NCBI RefSeq assembly: GCF_006345805.1
Contig: NW_021832583.1
Span: 1 to 61,272, forward strand
DNA: 61,272 nt
Source of the DNA: Octopus sinensis
Lineage: Eukaryota
Reading direction: 5' to 3'
The first letter of the stretch is position 1, and every line of letters starts with the position of its first letter. The notes under the pieces were generated by a model. It had not been told where the DNA came from. It searched no databases and saw nothing but the letters and a program-made list of their open reading frames with translations. The position numbers and the translations under genes were made by a program. Shown here in pieces: positions 49,341 through 61,272 of the stretch.

Positions 49341-50337
49341 TGTGTTTTATTGTGATCTGGTGGTTTCAGAGCTAGGGTGGCCGGAGTTCTCTCCTACTTG
49401 CAATGAATAACCGAGTGCAAAAGCGCGCTGAATTACCAGCTAGAGGAGTTGTCTTCCTCGGGTTAAAATAACAGTGTCGTTGGTTCTTTGAGAACACCCA
49501 CGTTAAAGTGGCGATAAACACTACTTTTTGGTTCGTACACTGCTTCTATCCCGAACAGATATTCTAATGGACTAATTGGCTACTTAGAAGGTCAGTGATC
49601 GTATACTCTTTACTCTTTTTACTCTTTTATTTGTTTCAGTCATTTGACTGCGGCCATGCTGGAGCACCGCCTTTAGTCGAGCAAATCGACCCCGGGACTT
49701 ATTCTTTGTAAGCCCAGTACTTATTCTATCGATCTCTTTTTGCCGAACCGCTAAGTGACGGGGACGTAAACACACCAGCATCGGTTGTCAAGCAATGCTA
49801 GGGGGACAAACACAGACACACAAACACACACATACATATATATATATATACGACAGGCTTCTTTCAGTTTCCGTCTACCAAATCCACTCACAAGGCATTG
49901 GTCGGCCCGGGGCTATAGCAGAAGACACTTGCCCAAGATGCCACGCAGTGGGACTGAACCCGGAACCATGAGGTTGGTTAGCAAGCTACTTACCACACAG
50001 CCACTCCTGCGCCGTATGACACTGTATTTTTTATATATTGCAAGCGAGGTCAGACTAATGCCTTGCCCCCCTGGCAAACGGGTGCCCACCAATGACGTGA
50101 TCCAATAAGATCAAAACCAGAATCACGTGATCTGGTTGTCTTAGAGCTAGGTTGGCAGAAGCTCTGTCCCGTTTGCAATGAATATCGAGTACGAAAGCGC
50201 ACTGAATAACCAACTGGAAGAGGGTTTTTTACCTAGGGTTAAAATAATTAAAATAGTTTTGCACTCAATATTCATTGCAAGCGGGAGAGAACTCCGATCA
50301 CCCTAGCTCTGAAACCACCAGATCACAATAAAACACA
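49341..50337. mobile_element. Fold-back/DNA-transposon-like element with TIRs of about 82 bp and a SINE B insertion
   Basis: 49341-49422 versus 50257-50337 inverted, about 90 percent identical; diverged direct copy at 50127-50247. Confidence 0.65.
49604..50013 (-). mobile_element. SINE family B (young)
   Basis: Full length, TACTCTTT tail repeats. Confidence 0.93.
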
Positions 50338-50525
50338 TACACACACACGTGTGTGTGTGTGTGTGTGTGTGTGTTGTGTGTTGTGTGTGAAGCATAAAGT
50401 CAGGAGGTGTGTGAGGTGAAGATAGATTTATTTAACCAGCTGATTTCTCTACAGCCGTTTCGTAACCTTCTTCATGTCGTATTAATTTTGGTATGTAAGA
50501 AATTATATGTACACATCTGCGTAAA

Positions 50526-50900
50526 GGAGGAAGCACTCCGTCGGTTACGACGACGAGGGTTCCGGTTGATCCGATCAACGGAACAGCCTGCTCGTGAAAT
50601 TAACGTGTAAGTGGCTGAGCACTCCACAGACACGTGTACCCTTAACATACTTCTCGGGGATATTCAGCGTGACACAGAGAGTGACAAGGCCGGCCCTTTT
50701 GAAATACAGGTACAACAGAAACAGGAAGTAAGAGTGAGAGAAGGTTGTGGTGAAAGAGTACAGCAGGGATCACCACCATCCCCTGCCGGAGCCTCGTGGA
50801 GCTTTTAGGTGTTTTCGCTCAATAAACACTCACAACGCCCGGTCTGGGAATCGAAACCGCGAGTCCGCTGCCCTAACCACTGGGCCATTGCGCCTCCACT
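50526..50900 (-). mobile_element. SINE family C, tail 4
   Basis: Family C head; 11-bp TSD ATCTGCGTAAA at 50515-50525 and 50901-50911. Confidence 0.9.
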
Positions 50901-51254
50901 ATCTGCGTAAAACAATCTCTGGAAGACATATTCCAGTAAGAATATCTATTCGGTTGATGTAATGAAATTGGTACTTAAGGGGGTCCCTAAAGGCACCGCT
51001 TGAATCAAATGGTTATTACAGTGACCATTGCAAGAACTGTTAAGTACATGTCCTTCTTGCAAACTCACTTCTGGTATTTCGAGACGTTCATTGATATTCG
51101 CAGACATTAGACTATGGTTATCAACCATAAATAGTACACCAGCAGCACCACCAGCACCAGACCACCACCACCACCACCACCATCACCAAAAACAACAACA
51201 GCAACAACAGTAACAACATCAGCAGCATCACCACCTCTATCATTACTACCACAA

Positions 51255-52490
51255 CTGCCACCACCATCACTAAAACAATGATCACCATCACTACCACCAC
51301 CACCACCACCACCACCATCACTAAAACAATGATCACCATCACTACCACCACCACCACCACCACCACCACCACCATCACTAAAACAATGATCACCATCACT
51401 ACCACCACCACCACCACCACCACCATCACTAAAACAATGATCACCACCACCACCACCACCACCACCACCACCACCACCATCACTAAAACAATGATCACCA
51501 CCACCAACACCAACACCACCACCACCATCACTAAAACAATGATCACCACCACCACCAACCACCACCACCCCACCATCACTAAAACAAGATCACCACCACC
51601 ACCACCACCACACCACCACCATCACTAAATACAATGATACCAATCACTACCACCACACCACCACCACCACCATCACTAAAACAATGATCACCATCACTAC
51701 CACCACCACCACACCACCACACCGCATCACTAAAACAATGATCACCACCACCACCACCACCACCACCACCACCACCATCACAAATAAAACAATGATCACC
51801 ACCACCACCACACACCATCATCACTAAAACAATGATCACACCACCACCACCACCACCACCACCACCACCACCATCACTAAAACAATGATCACAATCACTA
51901 CCACCACCACCACCACCACCACCACCACCACCATCACTAAAACAATGATCACCACCACCACCACCACCACCATCACTAAAACAATGATCACCCCCCACCA
52001 CACCACCACCACCACCACCACCATCACCTAAAAACAATGATCACCACCACCACCACCACCACCATCACTAAAACAATGATCACCATCACTACCACCCCCA
52101 CCACCACCACCACCACCATCACTCAAAAACAATCATGATCACCCACACCCACCACCACCACCACCACCACCATCACTTAAAACAATGATCACACCACACC
52201 ACCACCATCATCACTAAAACAATGATCACCACCACCACCACCACCACCACCACCACCACCACCATCCATCTAAAACAATGAATCACACCAACCACACCAC
52301 CACCACCACCACCACCACCATCACTAAAACAATGATCACCCACACCACCACCACCCTCATCACTAAAACAATGATCACCACCACCACCACCACCACCACC
52401 ACCACCACCACCATCACTAAAACAATGATCACCACCACCACCACCACCACCACCACCACCACCACCACCACCATCATCAAAACAACTGCA
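51255..52490. repeat. CAC-derived minisatellite block 1: ATCACTAAAACAATGATCACC(ATCACT)(ACC)n
   Basis: Direct reading, more than 20 units. Confidence 0.95.
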
Positions 52491-52849
52491 TCGAAATAAC
52501 TACCATCACAATTATCACCACGACTGCCACCACCATCACTATCACCACCATCATTACCTCCACCACCACCACCACCGCCACCGCCACCTGTATCACCAGA
52601 AATAGCATCATCACTATCACTATCACCACCAACACCACGACCTGCATCACCACCACCATTATCACCTCCACCACAACCACCACCACCACCACAACCATCA
52701 CTACCATCACCACATGCCACCACCTGTATCACGACCACCACTATCACCATCACTACCACCAGCACCTCCTCCACCACTAACACCACCACCACCAACACCA
52801 CCACAACTAGCATCATCACTATAACCACCACCACTACCACCACCACCAC

Positions 52850-55800
52850 CACCACCATCTGCATCACCACCACTTGCAACACCATCACACCATCATCAGC
52901 GCCATCACCCACTGCAACACCACCACCACCACTACCACCACTACACCACACCACCCCCACCACCACCACCACCACCTGCATCACCACCACTTCCATCACC
53001 ATCATCGCCAATCTGCCAACCCAACACCACCACCACTACCACCACCACCACCACCTGCATCACCACCACTTGCAACAACCTCACCATCATCGCCACCTGC
53101 AACACCACCACCACCCCACCACCACTACCACCACCACCACCACCACCACTTGCAACACCATCACATCATCGCCACCCTGCAACACCACCACCACTACCCA
53201 CCACTACCACCACCTGCATCACCACCACTTGCAACACCATCACATCATCGCCCCCCTGCAACACCTGCAACACCACCACCACTACCACCACTACCACCAC
53301 ACCACACCACCACCTTCAACACCACCACCACCACTACCACCACACCACCACCACCACCACCACCACCATCACCACCACTTGCAACACCATCACCATCATC
53401 GCCACCTGCAACAACCACCACCCACACCACCACCACCACCCCACCTGCATCACCACCACTTGCAACACCATCACCATCATCGCCACCTGCAACACCACCA
53501 CCACTACCACCACTACCACCACCACCACCACCACCACCTGCATCACCACCACTTGCATCACCATCACCATCATCGCCACCTGCAACACCACCACCACTAC
53601 CACCACCACCACCACCACCACCACCACCACCACCACCTGCATCACCACCACTTGCATCACCATCACCATCATCGCCACCTGCAAAACCACCACCACTACC
53701 ACCACCACCACTACCACCACCACCACCACCTGCATCACCACCACTTGCAACACCATCACCATCATCGCCACCTGCAACACCACCACCACCACCACCCCAC
53801 CACCACCACCTGCATCACCACCACTTGCAACACCATCACCATCATCGCCACCTGCAACACCACCACTACCACCACTACCACCACCACCACCACCACCACC
53901 TGCATCACCACCACTTGCAACACCATCACCATCATCGCCACCTGCAACACCACCACCACTACCACCACTACCACCACCACCACCACCACCACCTGCATCA
54001 CCACCACTTGCAACACCATCACCATCATCGCCACCTGCAACACCACCACCACCACCACCACCACCACCACCTGCATCACCACCACTTGCAACACCATCAC
54101 CATCATCGCCACCTGCAACACCACCACCACTACCACCACTACCACCACCACCACCACCACCACCTGCATCACCACCACTTGCACACACCATCATCACCAT
54201 ATCGCCACCTGCAACACCACCACCACACTACCACCACTACCACCACCACCACCACCTGCATCACACCACCACTTGCAACACCATCACCATCATCGCCCAC
54301 CCTGCAACACCACCACCCACTACCCACACCACCACCACCACCACCACCTGCATCACCACCACTTGCAACACCATCACCATCATCGCCACCTGCAACACCA
54401 CCACCACTACCACCACTACCACCCCCCACCACCACCACCACCTGCATCACACCACTTGCATCACCATCACCATCACACCATCCTCGCCACCTGCAACACC
54501 ACCACCACTACCACCACTACCACCACCACCCACCACCACCACCCATCATCACCATCACACCACCACTTGCATCACATCACCATCACCATCATCGCCCACC
54601 TCAACACCACCAACACTTCCACCGCTACCCACACCACCACCACCACCACCACCCCCTGCATCACCACCACTTGCAACACCATCACCATCATCGCCACCTG
54701 CAACACCCACCACCACTACCACCACTACCACACCACCACCACCACCACCACCTGCATCACCACCACTTGCATCACCATCACCATCATCGCCACCTGCAAA
54801 ACCCCACCACCACCACTACACCACCACCACCACCACCACCTGCATCACCACCCCACTTGCAACACCATCACCATCATCGCCACCTGCAACACCACCACCA
54901 CTACCACCACTACCACCACCCCACCACCACCACCTGCATCACCACACCACTTGCACCCACACCATCACCATCATCGCCACCTGCAAAAACCACCACCACT
55001 ACCACCACCACACCACCACCACCACCACCACCACCTGCATCACCACCACTTGCATCACCATCACCATCATCGCCACCTGCAAAACCAACCACCACCACCA
55101 ACCACCACCACCACCACCCCACTGCATCACCACCCACTTGCAACACCCATCACCATCATCGCCACCTGCAACACCACCACACACCACTACCACCACTACC
55201 ACCACCACCACCACCACCACCTGCATCATCACCACCACCACTTGCAACACCATCACCATCATCGCCACCTGCAACACACACCACCACTACCACCATACCA
55301 CCACCACCACCACCACCACCACCTGCAATCACCACCACTTGCATCACCATCACCATCATCGCCACCTGCAACACCACCACCACTACCACCACTACCACCA
55401 CCACCACCACCACCCACCACCACCTCATCACCACCACCTGCATCACCATCCATCATCATCGCCACCTGCAACACACCACCACTACCACCACCACCACCAC
55501 CTGCCATCATCACCACCACTTGCAACACCATCACCATCATCGCCACCTGCAACACCACCACCACTACCACCACTACCACCACCACCACCACCACCACTTG
55601 CATCACCATCACCATCATCGCCACCTGCAACACCACCACCACTACCACCACTACCACTACCACCACCACCACCACCACCACCACCTGCATCATCACCACA
55701 CCTGCATCACCATCACCATCATCGCCACCTGCAACACCACACCACCACCACCACCACCACACCACCTGCATCACCACCACTTGCAACACCATCACCATCA

Positions 55801-57523
55801 TCGCCACCCTGCAACAACACCCCCACCACTACCACCACCACTACTACTACTACCACCACCACCACCACACCACCACCACCTGCATCACCAAAACCACCTG
55901 CATCACACATCACCATCATCGCCACCTTGCAACCACCACCACCACTACCACCACTACCACCAACACCACCACCACCACCTGCATCACCACCACTTGCAAA
56001 CACACCATCACCATCATCGCCACCTGCAACACCCCACCACTACCACCACTACCACCACCACCACCACCACCACCACACACCACCACCTCATCACCACCCT
56101 TGCATCACCATCACCATCATCGCCACCTGCAACACCACCACCACTACCCCACCACTACCACCACCACCACCCCACCACCACCACACCACCACCACCACCA
56201 CCAACCTGCATCACCACCACTTGCAACACACCATCACCATCATCGCCACCTGCAACACCACCACCACTACCACCACTACCACCCCACCACCACCACCACC
56301 TGCATCACCACCACTTGCAACACACCATCCCATCATCGCCACCTGCCAACACCACCACCACTACCACACTACCACCAACCACCACCACCACCACCTGCAT
56401 CACCACCACCTGCATCACCATCACCATCACCCTCATCGCCACCTGCAACACCACCACCCCACACCACACCACATACCACACACAACCACCACCACCACCA
56501 CCTGCATCACCACCACTTGCCAAACAACACCTCACCATCATCGCCACCTGCACAACACCACCCCAACCCACCACTACACCACCACCACCACCACCACACC
56601 ACCACCACACCACCACCACCACCACACCTGCATCACCACCACTTGCATCACCATCACCATCATCGCCACCTGCCTGCACCACCACCACTACCACCACTAC
56701 CACCACCACCACCACCACCACCACCACCCACCTGCATCACCACCACTTGCATCAACCCATCACTATCATCGCCACCTGCAACAACCACCACCACCACTAC
56801 CACCACCACCACCACCACCTGCATCACCACCACTTGCAACACCATCACCATCATCGCCACCTGCAACACCACCACCACTACCACCACTACCACCACCACC
56901 CACCACCACACTTGCATCACCATCACCATCATCGCCACCTGCAACACCACCACCACCACCACCACCACCCACCACCTGCATCACCACCACTTGCAACACC
57001 ATCACACCATCATCGCCACCTGCAACACCACCACCACTACCACCACACCACCACCCACCACCACCAACCACCACCTGCATCATCACACACCACTTGCAAC
57101 ACCATCACCATCATCGCCACCTGCAACACCACACCACCACTACACCACCACTACCACCACCACCCCACCACCCCACCTGCATCACCACCACTTGCAACAC
57201 ATCATCACCATCATCGCCACCTGCAACACCACCCACCACTACCACCACTACCACCACCACACCACCCACCACCACCTGCATCACCACCACTTGCAACACC
57301 ATCACCATCATCGCCACCTGCAACAACACCACCACCACTACCACCACTACCACCACCACCACCACCACCACCTGCATCACCACCCCACTTGCATCACCAT
57401 CACCATCATCGCCACCTGCAAAACCACCACCACTACCACCGCCGCCGCCGCCACCAAAACCACCACCGCCGCCGCCGCCGCCACCAAAACCACCACCGCC
57501 GCCGCCGCCGCCGCCGCCGCCAC
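52850..57523. repeat. CAC-derived minisatellite block 2 (about 75-90 bp unit), ending in (CCG)n
   Basis: ACCTGCATCACCACCACTTGCAACACCATCACCATCATCGCCACCTGCAACACC(ACC/ACT)n. Confidence 0.96.
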
Positions 57524-57719
57524 CGTGTATGTTCTATGGTTCTATTTAAAGATTAAAGAACACACGGCAATATCTCCCCCCCCCAATTAGTCGTTTGAAC
57601 ATTTGCGATGAGTCATAAAGCTTTTTTTCTTTTTCTTTCTTTCTGGTTGTGATTGATGTGGGAGGTCTTAACTGTTGCAACAGAACTTGTGCAGTTCGAT
57701 TACAGGGAGAGAAAGAGAA

Positions 57720-57758
<39 letters not shown>

Positions 57759-58019
57759 AGAGAAGGGAGTGCATATATGCAGTGATGATGGTGGTGGCGA
57801 GGAATGGGGGGGTGGGCGGCGGCAAGGTGTATGTGTGTTTGAAAGGTAGAAAGGTATTAAATTGCGCACGGTTCTGTGTTTTTATGTACGTTCGAAAGGG
57901 GTTGGCGTGGGAGGACGGGATTCTTGAGTGAGCTTATAACAAATTGCAGATACGTGCCTGCCCGTGTGTGTGCGCGCGCACGTACGCACTTGACGATACA
58001 CTTATGCAAATGAATATAT

Positions 58020-58347
58020 GAGTTATTATGTATGTGTGTGTGTGTGTATATGTGCATGTATGTGAGAACGTGTCAATGTTTGTACGCATACACGTATGTA
58101 TGTGCATATATATATATATATATATAGATTTAGTTATATATATATATGTACATTTATATATATATATGTGTACATTTATATATATATATATAATATACAT
58201 ATATATATATTATATATATATATATATATATACATATATCTATATATATTTATTTATATATATATGTGCATTTATATATATGTGTATACCTTTATATATA
58301 TATTATACATATATATATATATGTGCATTTATATATATGTGTACATT

Positions 58348-58402
<55 letters not shown>

Positions 58403-58730
58403 CCATATATATATTTATTTATATATATATGTGCATTTATAATATGTGTGTGTATACATTATATATATATATCTATATATATACATTTAAAAATTGAGGG
58501 AGATACGTACATTTATATAATAATATAACATATATATACAAATATACATTTATATATATATATACATAGATGTACATATTACATTTATATATATATTCAT
58601 ATATACACACACACATATATTTTATGGTATATGTGTGTGTATATATAATGAATAATATATATATATAACTACTTACATACATACATGCGCCACAACACAA
58701 ATATATATATCATATTCTATTTATATCGAT
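58020..58730. repeat. (TA)n/(TG)n low-complexity tract
   Basis: Direct reading. Confidence 0.95.
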
Positions 58731-59029
58731 ATATTATTAATATGGAATAGAAAAGAGATATGAAAAAATATCAAGACCGTCATACTTTTACGCCCCACCG
58801 AACTCCGAAGCACTAAAAGCAACATGGCGACCAACTTTTCACTTACGCTGAAACTGTCTATGCAAATGTTTATGAGCCTCCGGCATCTTTCCTCTGAAAT
58901 ATTTGAAAATATGAATTTCTCAAAACTCTGCAGTTTCCTATAATCTATCGTAAGATCTGGTTGGCGCGCAGTAAACTTGTTCTTTTTTCATATTATGATG
59001 TTATCTACATATTGGATTTCACAACGTAT

Positions 59030-59200
59030 AAGGCGACCAGCTGGCGTAATCGTTAGCACGTCGGACAAAGTGTTTGGCAGTATTTCATCTGGTTCTTTAT
59101 ACTCTGAGTTCAAATCTCGCCTAGGTCAACTTTGCCTTTCATTCTTTCGCAGTCGTACAAAATAAAGTACTGGGGATTGGGTCGATGTAATCGATTTGTT
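59030..59200 (+). mobile_element. Older SINE A' copy with internal deletion
   Basis: AAGGCGACCAGCTGGCGTAATCGTTAGCAC head; CTGAGTTCAAATC..GGTCAACTTTGCCTTTCAT. Confidence 0.7.
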
Positions 59201-59866
59201 GGAAGCGAAGGTGATCAATTTTCTTTTCTTCTTTTAAATGGATATATACTATATGCTTTATACATACCTTTTGTTTTAAGAGAATTTCATTCCCTCAAAA
59301 TAATAGGTATTGTACCAGTATTTCCTGGGATGTTACCATCCCTTCACGAGGTTAACATAGCATCTAATTATATATATATATATGTGTGTGTGCGTGTGTG
59401 TGTGTGTGTTTATGTATGTGCGCGCAAACACATTTATTAATGCACATACATGATTGCACATCTATACATGTATAGATTCTAGTCTTAATTTCCGAAATGT
59501 TGCTCAGATTTTTACAGTTCCATTTATTTTGTAAATCTCCAAGTAACTATGCACTTCGTGGCTTAGTAGGACCCAACTTCACAAAACTGGTGTTGAGGCG
59601 GTTAGTTATGCAACCGACTGCCCAAATGACCACAGATATTTAATAGCTAAAGCTATGGCTCCGCGTGTCCACCACAAGGCCAGGCCGGTCCTTGTTATGG
59701 CTTGGTGGCTTGTGTGACTAAATGACCGAGAGAGCTATGCCAACAGACTGGAAGTTTCTGGTGCAGTCTCCCATGTTAACCAGACTAATATGGCTCACCT
59801 TTTCGCAGAGGCAAAAATGTGTTTTTGAAGGATCAATATAATTACTTGAAAAAAAAAAAAAAAATA

Positions 59867-60272
59867 GGCGCAGGAGTGGCTGTGTGGTAAGTAGCTTGCT
59901 TACCAACCACATGGTTCCGGGTTCAGTCCTACTGCGTGGCATCTTGGGCAAGTGTCTTCTACTATAGCCTCGGGCCGACCAAAGCCTTGTGAGTGGATTT
60001 GGTAGACGGAAACTGAAAGAAGCCTGTCGTATATATGTATATATATATATGTGTATGTGTGTGTATGTGTTTGTGTGTCTGTGTTTGTCGCCCTAGCTTT
60101 GCTTGACAACCGATGGTGGTGTGGTTATGTCCCCGTAACTTAGCGATTCGGCAAAAGAGACCGATAGAATAAGTACTGGGCTTACAAAAGAATAAGTCCC
60201 GGGGTCGAGTTGCTCGACTAAAGGCGGTGCTCCAGCATGGTCGCAGTCAAATGACTGAAACAAGTAAAAGAG
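59867..60272 (+). mobile_element. SINE family B, full length
   Basis: GGCGCAGGAGTGGCTGTGTGGTAAG head to ACTGAAACAAGTAAAAGAG tail. Confidence 0.93.
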
Positions 60273-60764
60273 AGAAAGAGAGGAGAGAGAGGGAGAGAGA
60301 GAGAGAGAGAGAGAGTTACAGAAACATCGATGATAATTCGAAACCAAGATCTAGGAATGGAAGGCCTTCTTTCAGGGATGGAGAGATCCTGAGATAGAGC
60401 AAAAAAGAAAAAAAAGAAAGCAAGGGTTCAACTAGAGAAAAGCAGAAGACAGTCCGTGATCAAGAACAGTAGGACGAGGTCGTCGATGGTTTTATGCTCT
60501 ACGAGAAGCGACGAGCTTAAGCAAGTAATTAAAAGCTTCGCGTGTAGTATTTTCAGATTTCTTATTCGTGCACCAGAAATGCTTTATTTTTCTTTCATCT
60601 TTAATATTGCAGCTGGAGAAAGAAAAACAGATAGAACTATCAAAACTAACTTTGTATCAACAACAACACCAACTACAACACCCCTACCACCACAACCAGC
60701 ATCACCACCTGCACCACCTGTTACCCAGTGAGATACCAATTCTATAGATAGGCAATCACCCGTT

Positions 60765-61272
60765 TTACTCTTTTACTCTTTTACTTGTTTCATTCATTTG
60801 ACTGCCGCCATGCTGGAGCACCGCCTTTAGTCGAGCAAATCGACCCCGGGACTTATTCTTTGTAAGCCCAGTACTTATTCTATCGGTCTCTTTTTGCCGA
60901 ACCGCTAAGCGACGGGGACGTAAACACACCAGCATCGGTTGTCAAGCAATGCTAGGGGGACAAACACAGACACACACACATACATATATATACATATATA
61001 CGACAGGCTTCTTTCAGTTTCCGTCTATCAAATCCACTCACATTGCTGTTTTTCACATGCTTCATGTTCCTCAAATACTCTCTTACTCTTTACACTTTTA
61101 CTCTTTTACTTGTTTCAGTTACGGGGACATAAACACACCACCATCAGTTGTCAAGCAATGCTAGGGGGACAAACACAGACACACAAATACACACACACAC
61201 ACATACATATATATATACATATATACGACAGGCTTCTTTCAGTTTCTCTGTCTACCGAATCCACTCACAAGG
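60765..61272 (-). mobile_element. Two tandem partial SINE family B copies (second internally deleted, runs off the window)
   Basis: TACTCTTT tails at about 60770 and 61085; B body motifs. Confidence 0.88.

Noticed and set aside
49363-49375. GTTTCAGAGCTAG resembling a Cas9 repeat or sgRNA scaffold start
   Set aside because: A 12-13 nt coincidence inside a TIR; no repeat-spacer array, anti-repeat or nuclease (Cas/TnpB/Fanzor) ORF.
52874-57590. 1560-aa, 1506-aa and 803-aa ORFs as mucin, extensin or His-rich proteins
   Set aside because: All three plus frames are open only because the CAC-derived unit lacks stops; composition switches at 1-nt indels; no signal peptide, domain or splice context.

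Overview
A 61-kb, AT-rich, repeat-dominated eukaryotic segment. Its SINE, mariner, RTE and Helitron repertoire points to an octopus/coleoid cephalopod genome (inference from recognising the repeat families). I find no intact protein-coding gene: all long ORFs in the track are microsatellite or minisatellite artefacts or decayed transposon ORFs. Content: (i) at least four tRNA-headed SINE families (called A-D here; roughly 45 copies or fragments); (ii) a 5'-truncated RTE LINE (29.7-32.4 kb) and a CR1 3' fragment; (iii) four Tc1/mariner elements, including a DD41D element nested in a DD34D mariner; (iv) non-autonomous Helitrons and several MITEs; (v) large simple repeats, including 1.27 kb of (GAGCC)n and about 6.3 kb of CAC-derived minisatellite. 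The most notable observations are: a complete minimal type-I hammerhead ribozyme fold with a covarying U3-A8 core on the minus strand at 13724-13771, plus decayed relatives elsewhere; a SINE that propagates as 184-bp head-to-tail multimers with distinct internal and terminal monomers; one SINE head carrying four different TSD-bounded tails; and a 134-bp near-perfect fold-back. All alignments were done by eye, so coordinates of degenerate repeats are approximate.
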